64,000 bases of DNA from Flavobacteriales bacterium (lineage in GTDB: Bacteria; Bacteroidota; Bacteroidia; Flavobacteriales_F; PHOS-HE28), in assembly GCA_016710965.1 (NCBI GenBank), contig JADJTW010000014.1, positions 44,210 to 108,209 on the forward strand, in the 5' to 3' direction. The notes under the pieces were generated by a model. It had not been told where the DNA came from. It was given only the letters and a program-made list of their open reading frames with translations, and ran no database searches. Shown piece by piece: positions 35,844 through 45,741 of the stretch (positions are counted from its first letter, which is position 1; each line of letters opens with the position of its first letter). Position numbers and translations under genes: made by a program.

Positions 35844-38153
35844 ATGGGACGACCCCTCCTTGCTGCGCTCCATATCCTGCCGTTCTTTTTGTGGGGCAGC
35901 ATGCTGTTGGGCCAATGCTGCGATCATGTGCTGGTGATGCACGACAGCTACGGCGACGGTTGGAACGGCGGCACCTTGCAAGTCTCGATCAATGGCGCAG
36001 TGATCGGCTCGTTCGCTGCTACGGGGTCGGGAAGCACGAGCACGTTCACGGCATGCACGGGCGATGGGATCCAGTTGATCTATACGCCACAGGATTGGGA
36101 GGAGGAGAACAGCTACACGCTGTTGAACCAGTGGGGCGCAACGCTCTTCGCCGATGGGCCGGGCCCGGCGACCGGGCTCGTCTTCTCCGGCTCTATCGAC
36201 TGCTCCGTCGTGCCCGCTCCAGGTGCTTCGCCATGCACTGCGTTGGCCATTGATACAGCTGATTGCATCATTGTCGATAACGCGGGTGCCGCAGGCACCG
36301 GCATCAATCCTGGTTGCGCGAACTACCAAGGAGGCGATCTCTGGTACAGCATGCCTGTTCCTGCCAGTGGGAACGTGAGCGTGAGCACCTTCGATGCTGG
36401 TGGATTGAACGACACGGGAGTGGCATTGTGGACCGGCCCCGATTGCTTCAGCCTTGCCAACCACGCCTGCGATGATGATGCCGGCGAGGGCTATTTCTCC
36501 ATTGCAACTGCGTACGAACTGCCAGCCGGTGAGACGCTCTACGTGCAGGTCTTCGGTTACGGCGGAGCCACAGGGGCCTTCGAGCTATGCGTAGCCGACC
36601 TGGGCACGATATCGTTGGACAGCACCGAACTGCCCATCGTGCTGATCAACACGCAGGGCCAGGCGATCCCTTTCGATGGCAAGGTGAACGCACTGATGGA
36701 GATCAAGTACAACGGCCCCGGCAACATCACGCACATCACCGACCCCTCCAATGTGTACGATGGCCGCATCGGTATCGGCATCCGCGGCGCCACCTCTTCC
36801 GGCTACCCTCAGCGGCCCTACGTGCTGGAGACGAGGGACACTTCGGGCGCGAACCTCAACGTGAGCCTCCTGGGCATGCCGGAGGAGAACGATTGGTTGC
36901 TGCTGAGCAACTACAACGACCGATCGCTGGTGCGGAACGAGCTGGCCTTCCACCTGGCGCGGAGCATGGGGCAGTACGCGCCACGCACCCACTTGTGCGA
37001 AGTGCTCGTGGACAGTTCCTACAAAGGCATCTACGTGTTCGGCGAGAAGATCAAGCGCGATGGGGGCCGTGTCGACATCGCCAGGCTCACCGGCGATGAG
37101 AACAGCGGCGATGACGCGACCGGTGGATACATCCTGCAGCAGAACCTTTGGAATAGCAGCAACAGCTTCCAATCCAACTACTCCCCCATCGATCACCCGG
37201 GATTCGACGTGCATTTCGTGTACGAGTATCCCGATCCGGACACGATCACTGCACCGCAGAAGGATTACATCGCCGCCTTCGTCGACAGCCTGGAGACAGC
37301 GCTCTATGCAACGGACTTCGCCGATCCGATCACCGGCTACCGCCGCTTCCTGGACGTACCGTCGTTCATCAACTACTTCCTCGTGAACGAAGTGGCGCGC
37401 AATGCCGATGGTTTCAAGAAGAGCGTGTTCTTCCACAAGGACAAGTTCTCCAGTGGCGGCAAACTGAAGGCAGGACCTGTCTGGGACTTCGACTGGGCGT
37501 GGAAGAACATCTGGGGTTGCAGCATCTGCGACCCGATCGATGGATCGGGATGGACGCACTTGGTGAACGACTGCTTCACGGACAACTACTCCACCGGTTG
37601 GTACATCCGGCTCTTGCAGGACAGCACTTTCGCCAACGAGCTACGATGCACGTACGAGGAGTACCGAACCACCGCTCTCTCCGAGGGGGGCATCTTCGCG
37701 TACATCGACAGTGTGGGCGCGCGGGTGCAGAACGCCCAGGCCCGGCACTTCCAGAAATGGCCCATCCTGGGCGTAAGCGGGCCTGCACCGGAAGTGCTGT
37801 CGTGCGCCACCACCTACGCTGCCGAGCTCGATACCTTGAAGCATTGGATCGCGCTTCGTTTGCAATGGCTGGATGCGAACATCCCCGGCAGTTGCATCAA
37901 TACGCGGATCGCGGGCCAGCCAACGACAAGGGGCCTTGCCGTGTCGCCTGTACCGGCGCACGACATCCTGCGCATCATCGGGGATGGAACCGTTACCAGC
38001 TATCGGATCATGTCCTTGACCGGTGCTGTGCTGCAGGAAGGCCGTCCACAGCACGGAAGCATCCGGGTGGATGCGCTCCCTGCCGGCATGCACCTTCTTG
38101 AACTGACCGATGATGATGGGAACCGTGCGAGCTTCCGGATCATCACGGAGTAG
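35844..38153 (+). CDS. CotH kinase-family protein with N-terminal pre-domains and T9SS type A sorting domain
   Basis: Start MGRPLLAALHILPFFLWGSMLLGQ at 35844. CotH core LPIVLINTQGQAIPFDGKVNALMEI...IGIRGATSSGYPQRPYVLE...DWLLLSNYNDRSLVRNELAFHLAR...YKGIYVFGEKIKRD. C-terminal tail LAVSPVPAHDILRI...GMHLLELTDDDGNRASFRIITE. Confidence 0.85.
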   Translation: MGRPLLAALHILPFFLWGSMLLGQCCDHVLVMHDSYGDGWNGGTLQVSINGAVIGSFAATGSGSTSTFTACTGDGIQLIYTPQDWEEENSYTLLNQWGATLFADGPGPATGLVFSGSIDCSVVPAPGASPCTALAIDTADCIIVDNAGAAGTGINPGCANYQGGDLWYSMPVPASGNVSVSTFDAGGLNDTGVALWTGPDCFSLANHACDDDAGEGYFSIATAYELPAGETLYVQVFGYGGATGAFELCVADLGTISLDSTELPIVLINTQGQAIPFDGKVNALMEIKYNGPGNITHITDPSNVYDGRIGIGIRGATSSGYPQRPYVLETRDTSGANLNVSLLGMPEENDWLLLSNYNDRSLVRNELAFHLARSMGQYAPRTHLCEVLVDSSYKGIYVFGEKIKRDGGRVDIARLTGDENSGDDATGGYILQQNLWNSSNSFQSNYSPIDHPGFDVHFVYEYPDPDTITAPQKDYIAAFVDSLETALYATDFADPITGYRRFLDVPSFINYFLVNEVARNADGFKKSVFFHKDKFSSGGKLKAGPVWDFDWAWKNIWGCSICDPIDGSGWTHLVNDCFTDNYSTGWYIRLLQDSTFANELRCTYEEYRTTALSEGGIFAYIDSVGARVQNAQARHFQKWPILGVSGPAPEVLSCATTYAAELDTLKHWIALRLQWLDANIPGSCINTRIAGQPTTRGLAVSPVPAHDILRIIGDGTVTSYRIMSLTGAVLQEGRPQHGSIRVDALPAGMHLLELTDDDGNRASFRIITE

Positions 38154-38398
38154 GTCACCAGGTGCCGTCTATTCTTCCGGAACATCGAAATACCGGCCGC
38201 GCACAAGAGTGCGAACCGAACAATACGGCCTGGTCCCCGATGGGCTGAGGCGGACCACCGGATGGCTTCTGGACCGGAAGCCCGACGGATGGTGACCGCC
38301 GCACTGAACAGGACATTGTGGGGAGTTGGTTCCCCAAAGCCACGCTGGTGCTGGCATTGCGTCTATGCTTGCAGTAAGTTGCATCAGACCCGTCACCC

Positions 38399-41182
38399 AT
38401 GAAACAGCTATACACGCTCCTGTTCTCCATTCTGTCGGTCTTCAGCACCCAGGCGCAGATCACCATCGGCCAGGCGGAGATGCCTCATGCGAACGATGAA
38501 CTCGTGCGCGTCCGAGCAGTGACCAATCCCCTTGTCAACTACGCTGCGACGGGTCCGGCGCATACGTGGGACTATTCCAATCTGGCCGCCAATGCAGGCG
38601 ATACCACGAACTACCAGACCGTAGCCAGCACCAATTTCATCTATGCCATCGTCTACGCCGACATCTTCTTCAACGCGAACCGCGCCAACCACGCGAAGCA
38701 GGGAGTGGACATCCCCTTCAGCAATCTGCTGCCCATCGACAACCCGTACACATTCCGCTATCACTCCAACAGCGTGTACAAAACGGTGGGCTACGGCGTG
38801 GAACTGAGCGGCATTCCCTTGCCCCTCATCTTCGACCAGCATGATGTGATCTACCAGTTGCCACTGGCCTACGGGAACACGAGCGCATCGCACAGCAGCT
38901 ACCACATCGATATCCCTAACATCGGCTACTACGGTTTCGAACAAGACCGCGATAACGTGGTCGATGGTTGGGGCGCGATCACAACGCCTGGTGGGGTGTT
39001 CGATGTCATCCGGGTGAAGACGACCCTCACCATGCACGACACCATCACCGGCTTCGCGATCGATCGTCCGGTGGTGCGCGAGTACAAATGGCTGGCCCAG
39101 GGCCTGCGCGTACCGGTGCTTCAGATCAACACCACCACGGTCTTCGGAACGGAGATCGTGAACGCCATTTACTACTATGATGTGCCGCGCACCATCGAGG
39201 TGGTCGCCCCGCTGGCCAGTACCATCTGCCCCGGCGCGGCAGTGCCGGTCCACTATGAAGCAACGGGCGCATTCAATGCCGGGGGATTCTTCGTTCCTGC
39301 CAACCATTTCACCGCACAGCTCTCCGACGCCAGTGGCAGCTTCGCCTCGCCGGCGAACATCGGCGATGTGACGGCCACAACATCGGGCATCATCAACGCC
39401 ACCATCCCGGCCAACACGCCACCGGGCAGCGGATATCGCATCCGGGTCATCAGCACCAGCCCCGGGTTCACCGGCACGAGCAATGCCTTCAACATCACGA
39501 TAGGCGGCGCCACGGCAGCCTCGATCTCGGCTTCCGGTCCTTCCCTGATCTGCACGGGCGAAACGCTGACGCTTACGGCGGTCGGCGGCCCTTCCTACCA
39601 ATGGCAATTGAACGGAACGGACATCGGCGGTGCGACCAGCGACACATACGATGCCGCGCAAGCGGGCGCGTACACCGTGCTGGTAGACAACGCTTGCGGA
39701 TCGGCGACATCGAACAGCATCGTCGTGGAGGTGAACGAACCGCCCACGCACGCTGTGGATGAGACGGCTTACTTGATCTGCGCCGGGGCCTCCGTTATGG
39801 TCACCGCGCACGACCAGAGCGGGCAGCTTCCGCTCAGCTACCAATGGATGCTGAACAATGCGCCCATCGTGGGTGCCACGGATAGCGTGGTCACCGCCAC
39901 ACTGGGCGGCATCTATACCGTGGAAGTGATCAACGGCACCACCGGATGCAACTTCATCACGGAGGATGTGGTGGTGAGCGTGCAATCGGTGCCCGCGCCC
40001 GAGGTATCGGCACTTGATACCACCTCATTCTGCGCAGGTGGTTCGGTGCAGCTCTCTGCCGCGAACGTTCCCGCAGGTACATTCCAGTGGTTTCTCGACG
40101 GCAGTGTGATCCCGAATGAGACCACCACTGAATTGACCGCCGATGCGAGCGGTGACTACACCATCATCGCTACGAGCACCGATGGATGCTCGTCAGCACC
40201 GAGCGCAGCGATCACGGTGACCGTGAACGCTTTGCCCGAGACGCCGGACGCAACGGCCGTTGGCGCCACCAGCTTCTGCGATGGAGGATCGGTGGAACTG
40301 AACGTCCCTGCTGCGCTGGGCAACACCTACCAGTGGTACCTCGATGGCAATGCGATCAGTGGAGGAACGGATACTGCACTTGTAGCCATGGCCTCCGGTG
40401 AATACTCCATCGTGACCACCGACTCCGTCGGCTGTTCGTCCGAAGCCAGTGCCACCATCAGCGTGATCGCGGAATCGCTCAATGCTCCCGGTGTGACCTC
40501 TACGGAACCCACCACCTTCTGCGAAGGCGGCGGTACCATGCTGATCGCCGACGCCATCGACGATGCGGCATACCAGTGGTGGCTGGATGGCCTCGAGATC
40601 AACGGAGCCACCATCAACCAATTGACGGTGACCACTGCCGGAGCCTACACCGTAACGGTGACCAGCCTGATCGGCTGCAGCGCGACCAGCGACCCGGCTA
40701 TCGATGTGGTGGTGAACCCGCTGCCACCACAACCGCTGATCACACTATCGAACGACTCGTTGCTCGTGAGCGAAGCCGGAACCTTCCAATGGTTCATCGG
40801 CGGCGTCAGCATCCCTGGCGCCACCGATCCGTGGTGGGTGCCTTCTGTTGATGGCACGTACACCGTGCAATTCACCGACGCCAACGGGTGCAGCAGCCTC
40901 TCGGAGGGCTGGCTCTACCTGAGCACCCGAGTCACAGGCCTCTCCGCACCGAACCTGCTTGTGCTGCCCAACCCATCGAATGGGATCTTCTCCATCCAGT
41001 TGAGAGGTGGTCACGGCCAAGCCTATGAGGTCCTCGACGCCACCGGCCAATTGGTCCGCTCGGGAAGGCTTGCCGGTGCTCGCACGAGCGTGGACATGGG
41101 CCAAGCAGAGCAAGGGATGTATTTCCTGCGCATACGCGACAACGACAGCGCACCTGTGCTGCGGATCCTGATCACGCGATAG
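38399..41182 (+). CDS. Large T9SS-sorted surface protein with about seven Ig-like repeat modules
   Basis: 927 aa. Signal MKQLYTLLFSILSVFSTQAQ. Repeated modules have the form C.G(G)SV.L.A.......YQW.L(D/N)G..I.GAT...L.....G.Y.V......GCSS. The tail is LLVLPNPSNGIFSIQL...GMYFLRIRDNDSAPVLRILITR. Confidence 0.85.
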   Translation: MKQLYTLLFSILSVFSTQAQITIGQAEMPHANDELVRVRAVTNPLVNYAATGPAHTWDYSNLAANAGDTTNYQTVASTNFIYAIVYADIFFNANRANHAKQGVDIPFSNLLPIDNPYTFRYHSNSVYKTVGYGVELSGIPLPLIFDQHDVIYQLPLAYGNTSASHSSYHIDIPNIGYYGFEQDRDNVVDGWGAITTPGGVFDVIRVKTTLTMHDTITGFAIDRPVVREYKWLAQGLRVPVLQINTTTVFGTEIVNAIYYYDVPRTIEVVAPLASTICPGAAVPVHYEATGAFNAGGFFVPANHFTAQLSDASGSFASPANIGDVTATTSGIINATIPANTPPGSGYRIRVISTSPGFTGTSNAFNITIGGATAASISASGPSLICTGETLTLTAVGGPSYQWQLNGTDIGGATSDTYDAAQAGAYTVLVDNACGSATSNSIVVEVNEPPTHAVDETAYLICAGASVMVTAHDQSGQLPLSYQWMLNNAPIVGATDSVVTATLGGIYTVEVINGTTGCNFITEDVVVSVQSVPAPEVSALDTTSFCAGGSVQLSAANVPAGTFQWFLDGSVIPNETTTELTADASGDYTIIATSTDGCSSAPSAAITVTVNALPETPDATAVGATSFCDGGSVELNVPAALGNTYQWYLDGNAISGGTDTALVAMASGEYSIVTTDSVGCSSEASATISVIAESLNAPGVTSTEPTTFCEGGGTMLIADAIDDAAYQWWLDGLEINGATINQLTVTTAGAYTVTVTSLIGCSATSDPAIDVVVNPLPPQPLITLSNDSLLVSEAGTFQWFIGGVSIPGATDPWWVPSVDGTYTVQFTDANGCSSLSEGWLYLSTRVTGLSAPNLLVLPNPSNGIFSIQLRGGHGQAYEVLDATGQLVRSGRLAGARTSVDMGQAEQGMYFLRIRDNDSAPVLRILITR

Positions 41183-41197
41183 GAGCCACTCCCTTGG

Positions 41198-41233
41198 AAC
41201 AACGCCCCCCTCCACTGCGGAAGGGGCGTTGTT
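41198..41233. terminator. Candidate bidirectional stem-loop terminator between convergent genes
   Basis: Perfect 11-bp stem AACAACGCCCC (41198-41208) / GGGGCGTTGTT (41223-41233) with a 14-nt loop, 16 nt after the 41182 stop and 18 nt before the 41251 stop. Confidence 0.5.
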
Positions 41234-41250
41234 GCCTTCGTCATCAACCT

Positions 41251-42375
41251 TCACCCCGCCACGCTCACCCCGATCAACTTGCCGATGCCGAAGGTGATCG
41301 CGGCGGCGGCAAGCCCGAATAATACCTGGCGCATGCCGGAGAACCACACCCCGCGGCCGGTAAAGAGCGTAATGGCACTGCCGATGACGAAGAGGCCTGC
41401 AGCGCTCAAGCCAACACTGATGAGGATGGCGTTCGTTCCGCCGGTGAGGAAGAAGGGGATCACCGGGAGGATGGCGCCCACGGCGAAGAGGAAGAATGAT
41501 GTGATGGCCGCTTCCCATGCCGAGCCCTTAAGCTCTTCCGCATTGATGCCCAGTTCCTCTTTCACCAGAAGCGCATGCGCCTTGCCCTTGTCCGCCATCG
41601 CTTCCGTCGCCAGGCGTTCCGATTCCGCCTCCGAGATGCCCTTGGCCATGAAGATCAGCACCAACTCCTTGCGCTCGCCCTCCGGATTCATTTCCAGTTC
41701 GGTCATCTCCAGCGCCATCTGCCGCTCGTACAGCTCCTGGGAGCTCTTCACGCTGATCCACTCGCCGAGCGCCATGCTCAATGCGCCGGCGAGCAGGCCG
41801 GCCAAGCCTGCGAGCAACACGCCTTGATCGCCATCGGTGGCACCCGCCACACCCATCACCAGGCTCATGTTGCTCACCAGTCCATCGTTCGCACCAAGCA
41901 CCGCCGCGCGCAGCGCATTCCCGCCAACCGTCTTATGCTTGCCCTCGATCCTGCCCAGTTGTTCGCCGCCCATGCCCCGCTTGTTGGCCATCAGCGACTG
42001 CAGGATGAGCACGTGGTTGCGTTCTCCGCCGCTCAATGGTGCCCCGGTCTTCTGCTTCAATGCGATGCTTGCGCTCGCCAACTCCTTCTCCACATCCATG
42101 AGCTGTGCGATCACATGGCCATAGCCCATGCGCTTGCCGATGCGATCGAGCATGCGCGCGCGCCAGGAGGGGCCTGGCATCTCCGTCAACGTTCCATCGG
42201 CGGTCAACTGGGCGAAGGCGTGATCGGCATGGCCGCGCTCGATGGCGGCCATCTCGCGGAAGAGCTTCGCCACTTGAGGGTCGTCCTCATGCGCCGCAAT
42301 GCGGTCGTACAGGAAGGCGGCGTCGACCTCCGTACGGAGGCTTTCGATACGTAGGCGGAAAGATGGCGCGGACAT
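41251..42375 (-). CDS. Ferritin-like (erythrin) domain fused to VIT1/CCC1 iron/manganese transporter (MbfA-like)
   Basis: Likely start MSAPSFRLRIESLRTEVDAAFLYDRIA (complement 42375). N-terminal ferritin-like helices (EMAAIERGHADHAF), then VIT1 body (LRAAVLGANDGLVSNMSLVMGVAGA ... five helices). Confidence 0.8.
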   Translation of the reverse strand: MSAPSFRLRIESLRTEVDAAFLYDRIAAHEDDPQVAKLFREMAAIERGHADHAFAQLTADGTLTEMPGPSWRARMLDRIGKRMGYGHVIAQLMDVEKELASASIALKQKTGAPLSGGERNHVLILQSLMANKRGMGGEQLGRIEGKHKTVGGNALRAAVLGANDGLVSNMSLVMGVAGATDGDQGVLLAGLAGLLAGALSMALGEWISVKSSQELYERQMALEMTELEMNPEGERKELVLIFMAKGISEAESERLATEAMADKGKAHALLVKEELGINAEELKGSAWEAAITSFFLFAVGAILPVIPFFLTGGTNAILISVGLSAAGLFVIGSAITLFTGRGVWFSGMRQVLFGLAAAAITFGIGKLIGVSVAG

Positions 42376-42477
42376 GCTTGCAAGTTCGTGATAGTGAGGT
42401 GATGCTCGGGACGAAAAGTCACATGCCTGTTGATGAATGTCACTCTGCACCAGTGCTCAACAGGTAGCTTGCGACTC

Positions 42478-43074
42478 ATGTCGACCTCCCGCACCGCTCC
42501 ACCGGGGTCCAATGTGCTCATCAGGCATGTGCTGCCTTTCGCAGGCATGTTCCTCCTGATGATCCTCATTACCATCCTCATCGACTACCTGCTTCACGCC
42601 GTGGACCTCGTCATCATCGGCCGCTACCTGGGGCCCATCGGCACGGCGGTCATTCTTGCATCCTTCGTCTATTCGTTGCGCAAGCGCCAGCTCATCCGGT
42701 CGGGATCACCCAAGCAGCTTCTCATGATCCATGAGCGCATGGCGTGGGTGGGGTCGGTCATGATCCTGGTGCATGCGGGCATCCATTTCAACGCGCGCCT
42801 GCCATGGATCGCCACCGCCCTGCTCCTGATCAGTGTGGCCAGCGGACTTGTGGGAAAATACCTGTTGAAGAAGGCGAGCGAGACCGTGGGTGAGCGACGC
42901 CGGTCCATCGTGGCGTCTGGCATGAACGTAGAGGAGGCCGAGAAAGAGCTCTTTCTCGATCTGGTGGCCGTGGATGCCATGAAGAAGTGGCGCGTGGTGC
43001 ATATGCCTATCGCCTTCCTCGTCGCGGTGTTCTCCCTCATGCACATTGTTTCGATCCTGCTCTTCGCCAAATGA
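42478..43074 (+). CDS. Five-helix membrane protein with two H-x13-H helices (candidate di-haem b, ferric-reductase-domain-like)
   Basis: Likely start MSTSRTAPPG at 42478. Helix 3 is MIHERMAWVGSVMILVHAGIH and helix 5 is VVHMPIAFLVAVFSLMHIV; each carries His-13 residues-His. Its stop overlaps the next ATG (ATGA at 43071-43074). Confidence 0.5.
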   Translation: MSTSRTAPPGSNVLIRHVLPFAGMFLLMILITILIDYLLHAVDLVIIGRYLGPIGTAVILASFVYSLRKRQLIRSGSPKQLLMIHERMAWVGSVMILVHAGIHFNARLPWIATALLLISVASGLVGKYLLKKASETVGERRRSIVASGMNVEEAEKELFLDLVAVDAMKKWRVVHMPIAFLVAVFSLMHIVSILLFAK

Positions 43075-44072
43075 GGGCCGCGATCGTTCTCGCTCTCATC
43101 GCCTTATGCACCACGTTGGTGTTCATGTATCCGCACCGCATGGTGGAACCGGGCGAGCTATCCGAAGCGCACCAGCAGACCGGCAACGATTGCTTCTCCT
43201 GCCACAAGCCCTTCGGCGGCTTGCCCAATGATCGTTGCATCGCGTGCCACACCCTTGCCGACATCGGCAGAGATACCGTGGCGCACGCCGAACGACCGCT
43301 CTTCCACGAGGCGCTCGAGGCCATGGAGTGCGTGTCCTGCCACGGCGAGCACAATGGGCGTAGCGCGGACCTGGCTCCGGCTGGCTTCGTGCATGATCTG
43401 CTTTCTGCGGCCATCGCTGCGAACTGCGTTGCATGCCACGCCAAGCCCGCCGATGACTTGCACGCACCGCTGCCGAACACATGTTCATCGTGCCACGATG
43501 CACAGCAGTGGAAGCCCGCACGCGAATTCGACCATGCCTTGCTGCCCATTGAACGCCGTAATGATTGCGCCAGCTGCCACCAGGAGCCCAGCGATGCCAT
43601 GCACGAGCGTATCGCAGCGAATTGCACTAGCTGCCATACGACCGATGGCTGGAAGCCCGCCCACTTCGATCACACCAAGCTCACGCAAGCAGAGCAGAAC
43701 ACCTGCGCTGGCTGTCATCAGGCACCATCGGACGCCTTCCACCAGAGCACCAAGGACAACTGTGCCAGCTGCCACGGCACCAACGCCTGGTCGCCTTCAA
43801 CGTTCGATCACAGTGCCTACTTCCGGCTCGAGGGCGACCACAACGCGAAGTGCGCCACCTGCCACCAAGCGAACAACTATGACACTTACACCTGCTACGG
43901 CTGTCACGAGCACACACGGGGCAACATCATGGGCGAGCACCAGGAGGAAGGCATCACGAATATCGCCGATTGCGTGCGCTGCCATCGCAGTGGCGATGAG
44001 GATGACGCACGAGAGGGCGGTGAAGGAGGCCGGGAGAACAAGAGGGATGAGAAGGGGGAACATGATGACTAG
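43071..44072 (+). CDS. Membrane-anchored multihaem c-type cytochrome (12 CxxCH motifs)
   Basis: 333 aa. Anchor MRAAIVLALIALCTTLVFMY. CxxCH motifs are CFSCH, CIACH, CVSCH, CVACH, CSSCH, CASCH, CTSCH, CAGCH, CASCH, CATCH, CYGCH and CVRCH. There is a recurring CxxCH...W(K/S)P..FDH module and an acidic C-terminal tail. Confidence 0.85.
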   Translation: MRAAIVLALIALCTTLVFMYPHRMVEPGELSEAHQQTGNDCFSCHKPFGGLPNDRCIACHTLADIGRDTVAHAERPLFHEALEAMECVSCHGEHNGRSADLAPAGFVHDLLSAAIAANCVACHAKPADDLHAPLPNTCSSCHDAQQWKPAREFDHALLPIERRNDCASCHQEPSDAMHERIAANCTSCHTTDGWKPAHFDHTKLTQAEQNTCAGCHQAPSDAFHQSTKDNCASCHGTNAWSPSTFDHSAYFRLEGDHNAKCATCHQANNYDTYTCYGCHEHTRGNIMGEHQEEGITNIADCVRCHRSGDEDDAREGGEGGRENKRDEKGEHDD

Positions 44073-44263
44073 ACGCAGGAAGACCGACGCACGGCCGAAA
44101 TCATGCACGGTCCGACCGCAGCAATGGGTCCGGGCACTAACGCTACCCGATCATCGGGCAACAGCCGTAGAGCACCGATAGGCTCGGTACACCGGATGAA
44201 GATGCAGGGCACGGCGGGCAACCGTTCTGAAGGCGCAGTTGCTCGCTGATCATCAACCTCTGC

Positions 44264-45013
44264 CTATGCTCCTCGCGCAAGTTCCCGATCGATCATCGCG
44301 ATCAGTTGATCGCTCAGCTTCAGGACCTGGTTCAACTGGCCGTTCATGGTGGAGAACTCGAGGAAGGCCATGAGGAATCCGTTCTTCACCCGCACATCGG
44401 CGAAGTAGCGGTCGTAATCCGCACGGAGCAGTGCCACATCCTTCTTCATGTGCAGGTCGATCATCGGGCCCATGTCCTTGAGCTCATAGAGCGGCTTGTA
44501 TATGACCTCCTCCGAGTCGAAGCGGAAGTGGTCCTCCTCTGCCTTGAACTTCTCGAATAGCTGTTCGAGCTTCAGCAAGGCGGTCTTCAGGCTGTCGTTG
44601 GTGAGCTGGGCGAGGCCACCGGTGTTCATCAGTTCCTTGAAGGTGAAGTTGATCGGGTAATAGCGCTGCCAGGCATAGATGGAGATGCAGTCCTCGTTGA
44701 AGGCCCTCCAATCCGCGATGGTATCGCCATCGATCTTGGCGATCACGCGTTGCGTGGCCCCGATGCAATCGGTGCGCACAGCGATGAACTCCTTCACCTT
44801 ATCCTGGTTGGCGAGCAGGTCGGACTTGATGTTCTCCAAGTACTTGACCTCCCGCGCGCGGGCCCTCCGCAGGTCGTTGTTGTTGTTGATCTGCAAGGCG
44901 ATCAGGATGCCGATCACCACCAGCACGATCTCGCCGATGGCGTAGAGCAGGTATCTCGAAAATCGGTTCTCGTTCAGCATGCGTTGGCGGATATGACGGA
45001 AGAACTTGATCAT
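44264..45013 (-). CDS. DUF6090-like single-pass membrane protein, paralogue 1
   Basis: 249 aa. MIKFFRHIRQRMLNENRFSRYLLYAIGEIVLVVIGILIALQINNNN. Its ATG overlaps the stop of paralogue 2 by 4 nt. The family name is from memory. Confidence 0.75.
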   Translation of the reverse strand: MIKFFRHIRQRMLNENRFSRYLLYAIGEIVLVVIGILIALQINNNNDLRRARAREVKYLENIKSDLLANQDKVKEFIAVRTDCIGATQRVIAKIDGDTIADWRAFNEDCISIYAWQRYYPINFTFKELMNTGGLAQLTNDSLKTALLKLEQLFEKFKAEEDHFRFDSEEVIYKPLYELKDMGPMIDLHMKKDVALLRADYDRYFADVRVKNGFLMAFLEFSTMNGQLNQVLKLSDQLIAMIDRELARGA

Positions 45014-45741
45014 GACCCGTGGATATACAATTCCTTGTCGATCATTTCGATGACCTGACCTGCCTTCTTGATGTTGAGGTCATACTGCACTTTGAACCAG
45101 CCTTGGATCTTCAACTTCCGATGCATGATCAGGTTCCTGAACTCCTGGTTTCCGACGAGTCTCCCCGGATCGATCGGTTTGGCATACTTGAAGAAGGCGT
45201 ATTCCTGCATTTCCTTCAGGTAGAATTCACCGAATGTTCGTTCGTCGAATTGGTATTCTGTCTCCATGTAGTTCTCCACGTAATGATACCTTCCTTCGTA
45301 CAAGTCGCTCAGTGCGGCTCTGATCGTGTCATTGGAGATCAACCTGATGCCCGTTGCTTTGAGGTTCTCGTAGGCAGCTTTGTTGGGTGCGAATACCCCT
45401 TGTGCAGGGATCTTTCCAAAATGCACGTTCAATGAGTCGTGATAAGGGGTCTTACCATCAATGAAGTCAATGACAACATCAGCGGAATGAACAGGGGTAT
45501 CATACAATCGCCAATCCTGTTGAAAGTCCTTGATATCTGCACGTAGATTGGCCTTCAGTTCCATTAGCGTTGACCTCTCCAGAATCCCCTTTTTCCGATT
45601 CTCGTTCCAATTGTTGATCTGCAAGGCGATCAAGATCCCGATCACCACCAGCACGATCTCGCCGATGGCATAGGTGAAGTAGCGTGTGACGCGGCCCTGG
45701 GCCAGCAGGCTTTGGCGTATGGTTCGGAAGAAGCGGATCAT
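45010..45741 (-). CDS. DUF6090-like single-pass membrane protein, paralogue 2
   Basis: 243 aa. MIRFFRTIRQSLLAQGRVTRYFTYAIGEIVLVVIGILIALQINNWNE. Confidence 0.75.
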   Translation of the reverse strand: MIRFFRTIRQSLLAQGRVTRYFTYAIGEIVLVVIGILIALQINNWNENRKKGILERSTLMELKANLRADIKDFQQDWRLYDTPVHSADVVIDFIDGKTPYHDSLNVHFGKIPAQGVFAPNKAAYENLKATGIRLISNDTIRAALSDLYEGRYHYVENYMETEYQFDERTFGEFYLKEMQEYAFFKYAKPIDPGRLVGNQEFRNLIMHRKLKIQGWFKVQYDLNIKKAGQVIEMIDKELYIHGS

